Origin: an uncultured Spirochaetales bacterium
GTDB lineage: Bacteria > Myxococcota_A > UBA9160 > SMWR01
DNA length: 64,000 bases
Assembly (NCBI GenBank): GCA_964653555.1
Contig: CAZZFT010000001.1
Location: forward strand, 929 to 64,928
Direction: 5' to 3'
The notes below the pieces were generated by a model, which was not told the origin of the DNA, searched no databases, and saw nothing but the letters and a program-made list of their open reading frames with translations. A program made the translations under genes and the position numbers. Within the stretch, counting starts at the first letter, position 1, and each line of letters begins with the position of its first letter. Below are positions 39,906 through 47,820 of the stretch, in pieces.

Positions 39906-40709
39906 CTACTCCGGGGTGAGGCTCGCGGCCATGCGGGCCGCGAGGCGGTAGGGCCCCCGTTGCATCAAGCCGGTGAAGACGCGCGTGAAGCGACCGTGGA
40001 CGATCACGCGCCGACCGCTCATGCACGCATCGTAGGCCTCTTCGGCCACCTGCCGGGGGGTGAGGCGCATGCGCCGCATCGGCCCCGAGGCCATGGACTC
40101 GCTCCACGGCGTGCCGTCGAAGATCTCGGTGTCGGTGTAGCCCGGAAGGCTCGCCGTCGAGTGGATCCCTTCGCGGGCGTACTCCTCGGCGATCGCCTCG
40201 GAGAGACGGATCACCAGCGCCTTCACCCCCGCATACAGGGTGGCTCGCGGCGACCCCGGGAAAAAGGCCGCCGGGGAGGCCACCTGCACGATCCGGCCGA
40301 AGCGCCGCTCCACCATGCCGGCGAGCAGCCGGTGGGTCAGCTCGCAGGGCGCGATCCCCATCACCTGCAGCATCCGCTGATGCTCCGCCCAGGGGCGATC
40401 GCCGTAGCGGCCGTGGAGGCTGAATCCCGCATTGTTGACGAGGAAGTCGACCGCCAGTGCGCGGCGATCGAGCTCGCTCGCGATGGCCGCCGGGGCGCCC
40501 GGATCGGCGAGGTCGGCGACCAGAGGAACGGCGTCGATACCGTGGTGCGAGGAGAGCGTGTCGGTGAGCGCCTCGAGCCGATCTCTGCGCCGCGCGACGG
40601 CGACCACGTTCCAGCCGCGCTCGGCGAGGCACTCCGCGAACGCCCAGCCGATCCCCGACGACGCGCCGGTGACGAGTCCGAGACGGCCCTCCCCCTCGCG
40701 CCCGCTCAC
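39906..40709 (-). CDS. SDR family oxidoreductase
   Basis: VTGASSGIGWAFA, NNAG, YAGVKALV. Confidence 0.86.
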   Translation of the reverse strand: MSGREGEGRLGLVTGASSGIGWAFAECLAERGWNVVAVARRRDRLEALTDTLSSHHGIDAVPLVADLADPGAPAAIASELDRRALAVDFLVNNAGFSLHGRYGDRPWAEHQRMLQVMGIAPCELTHRLLAGMVERRFGRIVQVASPAAFFPGSPRATLYAGVKALVIRLSEAIAEEYAREGIHSTASLPGYTDTEIFDGTPWSESMASGPMRRMRLTPRQVAEEAYDACMSGRRVIVHGRFTRVFTGLMQRGPYRLAARMAASLTPE

Positions 40710-40749
40710 GAGAGCGGACCTCGTACAGGGAGGGTCGGCCGCCGGGCGC

Positions 40750-41946
40750 TCAGTCCTTCACCCGGATCGATCCGCCGTCCCCCTGGCTGTACCGCTTCTG
40801 GTAGTCCGACGCCGGGCCGTACTTCTCGACGATCCGGTCGAGGTCGAAGCCGAAGAAGCGCGCGGCGTTCTCCGCGCACAGCTTGCGCTGTGTCTCCGGC
40901 GGAAGGTCGCCCATGTGCTTCTGGATCGACTCGCGGCTGCGCGGGAACGTCCCTTCCATGTGTGGGTAGTCCGAGCCCCAGGCGATGCAGTCCTCGAGAA
41001 CGTCGAGATTGCGGATCCCCGGCGGATCTTCTTGGAAGGTGAGCAGCATGTTGTCGCGGACGTACTCGCTCGGCGGCTTCTTCAGTCTCGGCCGCAGGAA
41101 GGCGCCGTTGTCGTGCCACATCCGGTCCATCACCAGCAGATACCACGGTGCCCAGCCGATGCCTCCCTCGACGAGCGCCACCTTCAGGTTCGGGAAGCGG
41201 TCGAAGATGCCGGCCGAGACGAAGTCCATCGTGATCTCCGCCGCATCCGCCTGGCAGTAGACGAACTCCTTCAGGATGAAGCCCGGCTGCTGCGGCAGGC
41301 GTCCGAAGGCACCGCCGGTACCGATGTGGTTCGCGAGCGGCACGGAGAGGTCGGAGATCGTCGACCAGAGTCGGTCGTACTCGGGGCTGCAGTAGCCGCC
41401 CTCGATCTCGCCGACGTAGGGGACCGCCACCGAAACCGCGCGCGCGCCGAGCTTCTCGACCGAGCGCTTCGCCTCTGTGATCGACAGATCGATATCCCAG
41501 GAGGGCAGGATCGCCGGAGCGATGCTGCGGTCCACAGTGTCCTTGAAGAAGTCCAGGACCCAGTCGTTGTACACCCGGCACATGTCGGCCACGACCTCGC
41601 GGTCGGGCTGGTCCATCCAGTAGTGGAAGCCGTAGCAGACCTCTCCCTGGACGTCGTCGAAGATCATGTCGTGCTTGCGGGGCTCCGACTCGAACTTTCC
41701 GCGACGACCTTCCTCGTAGCGCGCGCCCTTGTAGGAGCGCTCGTTCTCGGCGTACTCCTCCATCGCCTCGAGGCCCACCCAGCGCACGAGCCGGTCACCC
41801 ATCAGGATCTGGTCGCCCTTGGGCGTCGACTCCACGCGCGGCGCGCGATCCTTGAACTTCTTGAGGCAGTTCTGCTGGTACAGGTCGCGGGGCTCGTGGA
41901 TGTGGTTGTCAGCGCTGATGATCGGGTACCAGTCGTGGCTGGCCAT
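40750..41946 (-). CDS. Amidohydrolase family protein (amidohydrolase-2/ACMSD-like)
   Basis: 398 aa. The N-terminal IISADNHIHEP metal-binding pattern, and WGSDYPH near the C-terminus. RBS AGGAGA. Confidence 0.82.
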   Translation of the reverse strand: MASHDWYPIISADNHIHEPRDLYQQNCLKKFKDRAPRVESTPKGDQILMGDRLVRWVGLEAMEEYAENERSYKGARYEEGRRGKFESEPRKHDMIFDDVQGEVCYGFHYWMDQPDREVVADMCRVYNDWVLDFFKDTVDRSIAPAILPSWDIDLSITEAKRSVEKLGARAVSVAVPYVGEIEGGYCSPEYDRLWSTISDLSVPLANHIGTGGAFGRLPQQPGFILKEFVYCQADAAEITMDFVSAGIFDRFPNLKVALVEGGIGWAPWYLLVMDRMWHDNGAFLRPRLKKPPSEYVRDNMLLTFQEDPPGIRNLDVLEDCIAWGSDYPHMEGTFPRSRESIQKHMGDLPPETQRKLCAENAARFFGFDLDRIVEKYGPASDYQKRYSQGDGGSIRVKD

Positions 41947-41973
41947 GGAGGGTCTCCTGTGACGCTCGTCGTC

Positions 41974-42010
41974 GAATTACGGTATGGAGATCTACGGTAA
42001 CGGTCAATCG
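41974..42010. promoter_or_regulatory. Recurrent motif, degenerate site 8 (amidohydrolase / SDR divergent region)
   Basis: GAATTACGGTATGGAGATCTACGGTAACGGTCAATCG. Confidence 0.25.
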
Positions 42011-42203
42011 GAAGTTCGCTATCGCCCGCGCGCGACGCACTCGCCGTCGGCCGCCTCACAGGCAAAATTCGTCTCCAGAACAGCTGGTTATCCGTCAGTC
42101 GCCCTTCGGGATACCCCGGGCCGTTGGAATTCGGGCTTGTTTTTTGTGCCAAGATTTAACAAAAATAATGGGCCCCGCAAGATCGCCCGGAAGGAGCCCA
42201 GGC

Positions 42204-43163
42204 ATGGCCCACGTCCTCTCCCGCTTCGGCGCCGCTGCCACGGCCTCCGAGGTGATCGCCGGCGTCGATCTCTCCGGTCGGACTGCCGTCGTCACGGGGG
42301 GATCGACCGGTCTCGGCGCAGAGACCGCGCGGGCGCTCGCCGGGGCGGGGGCCCGCGTCGTGCTCACCGGGCGCGATGCGGCGAAGGCGGAGAAGGTCGC
42401 CGCCGAGATCGCCGCCGCTACGCGCGCGCCCGCCGTCCTGGCCGAGGTCCTCGACCTGGCTCGAGAGGAGAGCGTCCGGAGCTGCGCGCGACGGATCCTC
42501 GACCGCTGCGAGGGGATCCAGATCCTCGTGGCGAATGCCGGTCTCTTCAAGCCGCCTCAGCGCTACGACGACCGCGAGCGCGAGATGCACTTCTCGGCGA
42601 ACCACCTCGGTCACTTCCTGCTCACTGGGCTCCTCGCGCCCGCTCTGTTCGCGGGCGCACCGGCGCGCGTGGTCGTGCTCAGCTCGGCGGGGCACCACTT
42701 CTGCCCGGTCGTCTTCGACGATCTGGAGCTCCGACAGCGCGAGTACGAGCCCGCCGAGGCCTACGGCCAGTCGAAGACGGCGAATGCACTCTTTGCACTC
42801 GAGCTCGACCGACGCTGGCGGGCGAAGGGCGTGCGGGCCTTCGCCGTACACCCGGGAGAGATCATGACCGACCTCGCTCGCTACGTGACGCGGGACGAGG
42901 TGAAGGCCACCATCGACCGCAGCCCGACGGGCGCTCGGCACCGGACCGTTGCCCAGGGAGCCGCCACCTCCGTCTGGGCGGCGACCGCCCCGGAGCTCGC
43001 GGGGCACGGCGGCCTGTATCTGGAGGACTGCGGCGTCGCGCCCGAGGTCGATCGCTTCGAGGGGTTCCGCGGCGTGCGACCCTACGCGCGCGATCCCGAG
43101 CTGGCCGTCCGGTTGTGGGAGGTCTCCGAGCAGCTCGTGGGCGAGCGCTTCGACGCTCTCTGA
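42204..43163 (+). CDS. SDR family oxidoreductase (retinol-dehydrogenase-like)
   Basis: ATG 42204 is 7 nt after AAGGAG. VTGGSTGLGAETA, ANAG, YGQSKTAN. Confidence 0.86.
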   Translation: MAHVLSRFGAAATASEVIAGVDLSGRTAVVTGGSTGLGAETARALAGAGARVVLTGRDAAKAEKVAAEIAAATRAPAVLAEVLDLAREESVRSCARRILDRCEGIQILVANAGLFKPPQRYDDREREMHFSANHLGHFLLTGLLAPALFAGAPARVVVLSSAGHHFCPVVFDDLELRQREYEPAEAYGQSKTANALFALELDRRWRAKGVRAFAVHPGEIMTDLARYVTRDEVKATIDRSPTGARHRTVAQGAATSVWAATAPELAGHGGLYLEDCGVAPEVDRFEGFRGVRPYARDPELAVRLWEVSEQLVGERFDAL

Positions 43164-43204
43164 GGGAGACCGACGCGTCGCGGCGTCGAGGAAGGAGGCA
43201 AGAC

Positions 43205-43396
43205 GTGCGAGTCAAGGTCGACTGGGATCGCTGTCATGGCCACGGGTTGTGCGCCGGCGAGGCGCCCGAGGTCTTCGCACTGCGGGACGACGGGGAGCTC
43301 GACGTGCTGCTGGAGCGACCTGCGGAGGGGCTCCGCCCCCAGGTGGAGAGCGCGGTGCGCTTCTGCCCGACGCGGGCGATCTCGATCGAGGAGTAG
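43205..43396 (+). CDS. Ferredoxin (single-cluster, 3Fe-4S/4Fe-4S type)
   Basis: 63 aa. VDWDRCHGHGLCAGEAPEVF...VRFCPTRAISI. GTG follows GGAAGGAGG. Confidence 0.78.
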   Translation: MRVKVDWDRCHGHGLCAGEAPEVFALRDDGELDVLLERPAEGLRPQVESAVRFCPTRAISIEE

Positions 43397-43426
43397 CCGC
43401 GGCGCCGGTCGCGGGACGGAGTAAGA

Positions 43427-44782
43427 ATGGATCAGCAGGCGCTGCGAAGCTGGGTGGCCGAGGCGGCGGGTGGCGAGGTCGTGCGCTTCGAGCGACTCGG
43501 AGGGGGCAACTCCCGAGAAGCGTGGCTGGCCGACGTCGCGCGCGGCGGGCAGACCCTCGAGCTGTTGCTGCGGCGGGACGCAGGGGGCGGCCCCATGTCC
43601 GGGACCGAGCTTTCGATCGAGCGCGAATCCCGCGTCTACCGCGCGCTCGCCGGAGGTCCCGTGCCAGTGCCTCGGGTCCACGGCGTCGCCCGGGATGCCG
43701 TGCTGCTCGACCGCGTCCCCGGACGCGCCCAATGGGCGACGCTCGTCGATCCGGCCGAGCGCGAGTCGGTGTCGCGCCATTTCGTCGAGATCCTCGCCGA
43801 TCTCCACCGGATGGATCCGCGCCGGCTCGACCTGCCCGGCTTCCCGCTGCCGACGTCGCCCGAGGACCATGCGCGCTGCGACCTCGCACTCTGGGAGCGC
43901 CTGTACGACCGGCACGTCGGTCGTCCGAATCCCTTCGTGCGTTTCGGACTCGCCTGGTTGCGGCGCAACGCGCCCCTTTCGGTGGCGCGCACGGTGCTGG
44001 TCCACGGGGACTGCGGGACGGGAAACTTCCTGTTCCACGACGGATCCGTCAGCGCGGTGCTCGACTGGGAGTTCAGCCACATCGGGGATCCCGTCGACGA
44101 TCTCGGGTGCATCGTCCTCCACGACTTCGTGCAGGGCAGCGACCTGAGTCCCTATTTCACGCTCTACCGCGATCTCGCCGACGTCGAGGTGGAGCGCTCG
44201 AAGCTGCTCTACTACCTGGCCTTCATGAGCCTGCGGTGTCTGGTCGCGTGCTCGATCGCGCTCGGGGCGACCAACCGGTCGATGGAGCGCGGTGTGTACC
44301 TGTCGGTGATCCACCTGTTCGAGCGCTGTCTCGTGCAGGCAATCGCCCAGCACGGGCAGGTGGAGCTCGAAGCCGCGCCGCTCCCCGCGGAGGGGGCGGC
44401 CACGCCGCACTCCCCGCTCTACGAGGTGATGCTCGCCGACCTGCGCGAGGTCATCCTGCCGGCGTTGGCTCGGGACGAGGTCGCTGTGCGCCGCGCGGCC
44501 GCCACCTCGAACATCCTCGTCTACCTCGCAGGCTTCGAGCGGCGGGGACGCGAGCTGGCGGAGGCCGAGCAGGACGACGCTGCGCGGGTGCTCGGTGAGC
44601 GCGCGGCGACCTGTGAGGAGAGCGAGCGTCGGCTCGACCAGCTGGCCGCGGCCCACGAGCCTAGGCGCGAGAACGACTGGCTCGGCTACCTGTCGCGGCG
44701 AAGCGACCGGGAGCTCGCGCTCTGGGGGCCGACCCTGGGCGAGCGAGCCGCTCGGTCCGTTCGCGTGGAGGCCTACCTGTGA
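43427..44782 (+). CDS. Phosphotransferase (APH/choline-kinase-like) family protein, paralog 1
   Basis: LVHGDCGTGNFLFHDGSVSAVLDWEFSHIGDPVDDLG holds the Brenner/catalytic loop and the DxD-like motif. Confidence 0.85.
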   Translation: MDQQALRSWVAEAAGGEVVRFERLGGGNSREAWLADVARGGQTLELLLRRDAGGGPMSGTELSIERESRVYRALAGGPVPVPRVHGVARDAVLLDRVPGRAQWATLVDPAERESVSRHFVEILADLHRMDPRRLDLPGFPLPTSPEDHARCDLALWERLYDRHVGRPNPFVRFGLAWLRRNAPLSVARTVLVHGDCGTGNFLFHDGSVSAVLDWEFSHIGDPVDDLGCIVLHDFVQGSDLSPYFTLYRDLADVEVERSKLLYYLAFMSLRCLVACSIALGATNRSMERGVYLSVIHLFERCLVQAIAQHGQVELEAAPLPAEGAATPHSPLYEVMLADLREVILPALARDEVAVRRAAATSNILVYLAGFERRGRELAEAEQDDAARVLGERAATCEESERRLDQLAAAHEPRRENDWLGYLSRRSDRELALWGPTLGERAARSVRVEAYL

Positions 44783-45723
44783 TCGAGCCTCGCGACGACT
44801 CGTTCCACGAGCCCACCAGCGACCACCCCGAGTGGAACGAGACCTTCTGGTTTTCCTTCGCCGTTCCCGAGCGCAAGATCTCGGGCACCCTCTACCCGGT
44901 CTTCCGCCGCAACCTCGGAGCGGTGGGCTGCTGCATCGTGCTCTGGGACGAAGCCGACCCGTTGCCCTGGGAGGCATTGTACTACGACTACCGGTACTGG
45001 ATGCCCTGGCCCGAAGGCGACCTCACGTGCTTCGCGCTGGCCAACGGCTACGAGGCCGAGTGTGTGGCGCCGCTCTCGGACTACCGGCTCCGCTACGCCG
45101 ACGGCGATGTGCTCGAATTGGATCTGGTCTTCTCCGCGCTGATCCCGCCGCACGAGACGGCGATGAAGGGGCTGGGCTTCGCCGGCGCCGCCCACTGGGA
45201 TCAGCACGGTCGGATCACCGGTCGCCTCCGGCTGCGCGGGGAGGAGATCGCGGTCGACAGCATCTACATGCGCGACCGGTCCTGGGGACCGCGTCCGGCG
45301 GCGCGCGGGCCACGGCGGATGGGCTACACGACGGGCTTCCACGAGTCCGCCGGCTTCCACACCATCAGTGCGGCCGAGGACATGCTCGCGCCCCGGCCGA
45401 AGGAGCCGATCTTCCAGGGCTACCTGTGGCGGGACGGCGTGGTGGCGGACGTGGTCGGGGGAGAGCGTCGCGTGGTCGAACGCGACCCCGACGGACGTTG
45501 GCCGATCCGGGTCGAGATCGAGCTCAGGGACGCACTCGGACGCACGCTCGAGACCGAGGGGCGCTGCGAGAACCGGCTCGCCTTTCCCGCGCTGCCGGGA
45601 AACTTCAACTGGATGAGCCTCACCCGCTGGACCCTCGACGGCGCCGAGGCCTGGGGCGAGGATCAGGACATCTGGAACGTCGGGTCCTGGCGCGACTTCG
45701 CCCACGCGCGGCCGAGCCGCTAG
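44779..45723 (+). CDS. Conserved protein of unnamed family (RDRSWG motif), paralog 2
   Basis: The GTG overlaps the kinase stop (GTGA). Motifs: HPEWNETFWFSF, LDLVFSA, HWDQHGRITGRLRLRG...MRDRSWGPR. Confidence 0.75.
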   Translation: MIEPRDDSFHEPTSDHPEWNETFWFSFAVPERKISGTLYPVFRRNLGAVGCCIVLWDEADPLPWEALYYDYRYWMPWPEGDLTCFALANGYEAECVAPLSDYRLRYADGDVLELDLVFSALIPPHETAMKGLGFAGAAHWDQHGRITGRLRLRGEEIAVDSIYMRDRSWGPRPAARGPRRMGYTTGFHESAGFHTISAAEDMLAPRPKEPIFQGYLWRDGVVADVVGGERRVVERDPDGRWPIRVEIELRDALGRTLETEGRCENRLAFPALPGNFNWMSLTRWTLDGAEAWGEDQDIWNVGSWRDFAHARPSR

Positions 45724-45729
45724 TCCGCC

Positions 45730-47820
45730 ATGGCGACCCCGACGTCCGGCGACCTGCGGGTGGGCGTCGACGTGGGAGGCACGTTCACGGACCTCTTCGT
45801 CCTGGATCCCCGCGACGGCTCCCTGCGCACGGGCAAGACCTGGTCGCGGCCCGAGGAGCCCGAGGCAATCGTAGAGGCCCTCGGCGAGCTGGGTATCAGC
45901 CCGGCGGAGATCGCCAGCTTCTGTCATGCATCCACCCGCGGCATCAACGTCCTGGTGACGCGGACGGGTGCGGCCACCGGCCTGCTCTCGACACGCGGCC
46001 ACCGCGACATCCTCGACATGGGCCGCGGGCTCCGACCCCTCGAGTGGCTCTGGGACCTCGACCGCACGCGCCCCCACCTCGAACGGCCGCTGATTCCGCG
46101 CGCGTGGCGGCGGCCCGTCTCGGAGCGGGTCCTGGCCGACGGTCGCATCCTGGTGCCCCTCGACGAGGCGGAGGTGCGCTGCGAGGCGCGCTGGCTGGTG
46201 GAGCAGGGGATCGAGAGCCTCGCCGTCTGCTACCTGAACAGCTACGCGAACCCCGTCCACGAGGAGCGCACGCGCGAGATCTTGGAGAAGGAGCTCCCCG
46301 GTGTCGCGGTCTTCCTCTCGATCGACATCGCCCCGGTGCAGAACGAGGTGTTCCGGACCACCGCCGTGGCGATCGATGCCTATGTGTCGCCGCGCGTCGA
46401 CGCCTACGTGGACATTCTGCACCGGCGGCTCGAGGAGCGCGGCTTCGCGGGACGCTTCGCGGTCATGAAGGTGGATGGCGGTTTCGCGACGCTCGACGCG
46501 GTTCGCGGGCGGGGCGTCGAGACGATCCACTCGGGGCCCGCCGGCGGCGTGACGGCCGCCCGTCATCTCGGCGAGCGGCTCGGCGAGCCCAATCTGCTGC
46601 TGCTCGACATGGGCGGCACGACCGCCGACGTGAGCGTGATCGAAGAGGGCGAGGTCCCGGTCACCCGAGACTACGAGGTCGAGCTCGATCTCTTCCTGGG
46701 CGTGCCGAGTGTGGACGTGCGCTCGATCGGCGCGGGCGGCGGCAGCATCGCCTGGGTCGATCAGGGTGGGGCGCTGCGCGTCGGACCCGAGAGCGCGGGA
46801 GCCTTCCCGGGCCCCGCGTGTTATGGACATGGCGGAACGCGCGCCACGGTGACCGACGCCCACCTGGTGCGCGGCAGCCTCTACCCGGCGCGCTTCCTCG
46901 GCGGCCGGACGCGGCTCGACGAGGGCGCCGCCCGCCGGGCGGTCAAGGCGGTCGGGCGCCAACTCGGGCTCGGGATCGAGACGGCTGCCCAGGGCATCGT
47001 CGACATCGCCAACGCCAACATGGCCGGTGCGCTGCGGGACCTGACCGTCCACCGCGGTCTGCACCCACGCGACTTCGCGCTGCTCGTCTTCGGCGCCGCG
47101 GGGCCCCTGCACGGAGCCGCGCTGGGACGCGAGCTGGGCGTGCGCGAGGTGGTGGTGCCGCCCTGGCCCGGCGAGCTCTCGGCCTTCGGGCTGCTCGTGG
47201 CCGAGGCGCGCACGGAGCGGATGCGGGCGCTGTTCCGGCTGCTGGCGGAGCTGCGCGGAGCCGAGCTGACCGAGATCTTCGCGGAGCTCGAGGAGCGTAC
47301 GGTGGCCGCCCTCGTCGACCAGGGTGTCGCCGCGTCCGAGGTGAGCGTGCAGCGCTGGATGGACGGCATGTACCTCGGACAAGCGTCGGAGACGCGCTGC
47401 GCGCTGCCGCCGGGCCCCCTCGACGATGCCGCGGTGGCCGGCGCGGCCGAGGCCTTCGAGCGGGCCTACGAACGCCGCTGGGGGAGCCGGCTCGGAATGC
47501 CGGTGCGGGTGGGCCACATCGGCGTGAATGCGCTGGGACGTCGCGACGTGCCCGTCCTTCCAGCGCTGCCGCCGGGCGACGAGCGTCCGCCCCGGAATGC
47601 CCATCTCGCGGATCTTGCCGCCACCCTGCGATGCGAAGGGGCGATCGCTCCCGTGGCCCTTCCCGTCTACGAGCGCGGCGCGCTGTGCGCGGGGAACCGG
47701 CTGCGCGGACCCGCCCTCGTCGTGCAGCCGACCTCGACGACGCTGCTCGAGCCGGGCGACGTCGCGCTCGTGGACGCGCTCGGGAACCTGCGGATCCGCT
47801 TCGACGGAGCCGCTTCGTGA
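45730..47820 (+). CDS. Hydantoinase/oxoprolinase family protein, A-type (HyuA-like)
   Basis: 696 aa. The N-terminal VGVDVGGTFTDL, the central DMGGTTADV, and the length all fit the hydantoinase_A family. Confidence 0.88.
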   Translation: MATPTSGDLRVGVDVGGTFTDLFVLDPRDGSLRTGKTWSRPEEPEAIVEALGELGISPAEIASFCHASTRGINVLVTRTGAATGLLSTRGHRDILDMGRGLRPLEWLWDLDRTRPHLERPLIPRAWRRPVSERVLADGRILVPLDEAEVRCEARWLVEQGIESLAVCYLNSYANPVHEERTREILEKELPGVAVFLSIDIAPVQNEVFRTTAVAIDAYVSPRVDAYVDILHRRLEERGFAGRFAVMKVDGGFATLDAVRGRGVETIHSGPAGGVTAARHLGERLGEPNLLLLDMGGTTADVSVIEEGEVPVTRDYEVELDLFLGVPSVDVRSIGAGGGSIAWVDQGGALRVGPESAGAFPGPACYGHGGTRATVTDAHLVRGSLYPARFLGGRTRLDEGAARRAVKAVGRQLGLGIETAAQGIVDIANANMAGALRDLTVHRGLHPRDFALLVFGAAGPLHGAALGRELGVREVVVPPWPGELSAFGLLVAEARTERMRALFRLLAELRGAELTEIFAELEERTVAALVDQGVAASEVSVQRWMDGMYLGQASETRCALPPGPLDDAAVAGAAEAFERAYERRWGSRLGMPVRVGHIGVNALGRRDVPVLPALPPGDERPPRNAHLADLAATLRCEGAIAPVALPVYERGALCAGNRLRGPALVVQPTSTTLLEPGDVALVDALGNLRIRFDGAAS

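Noticed and set aside
42112-42146. A possible rho-independent terminator or attenuator (CCCGGGCCGTTGGAATTCGGGCTTGTTTTTT) in the leader of the SDR-ferredoxin-kinase operon.
   Set aside because: The stem is only 4 G:C pairs plus wobble pairs, and no gene upstream on this strand needs terminating. The T-tract is more simply read as an UP-like element of a TTGTGC-16-TAATGG promoter for the SDR at 42204. I would only revisit this if RNA-seq shows a short transcript ending here.
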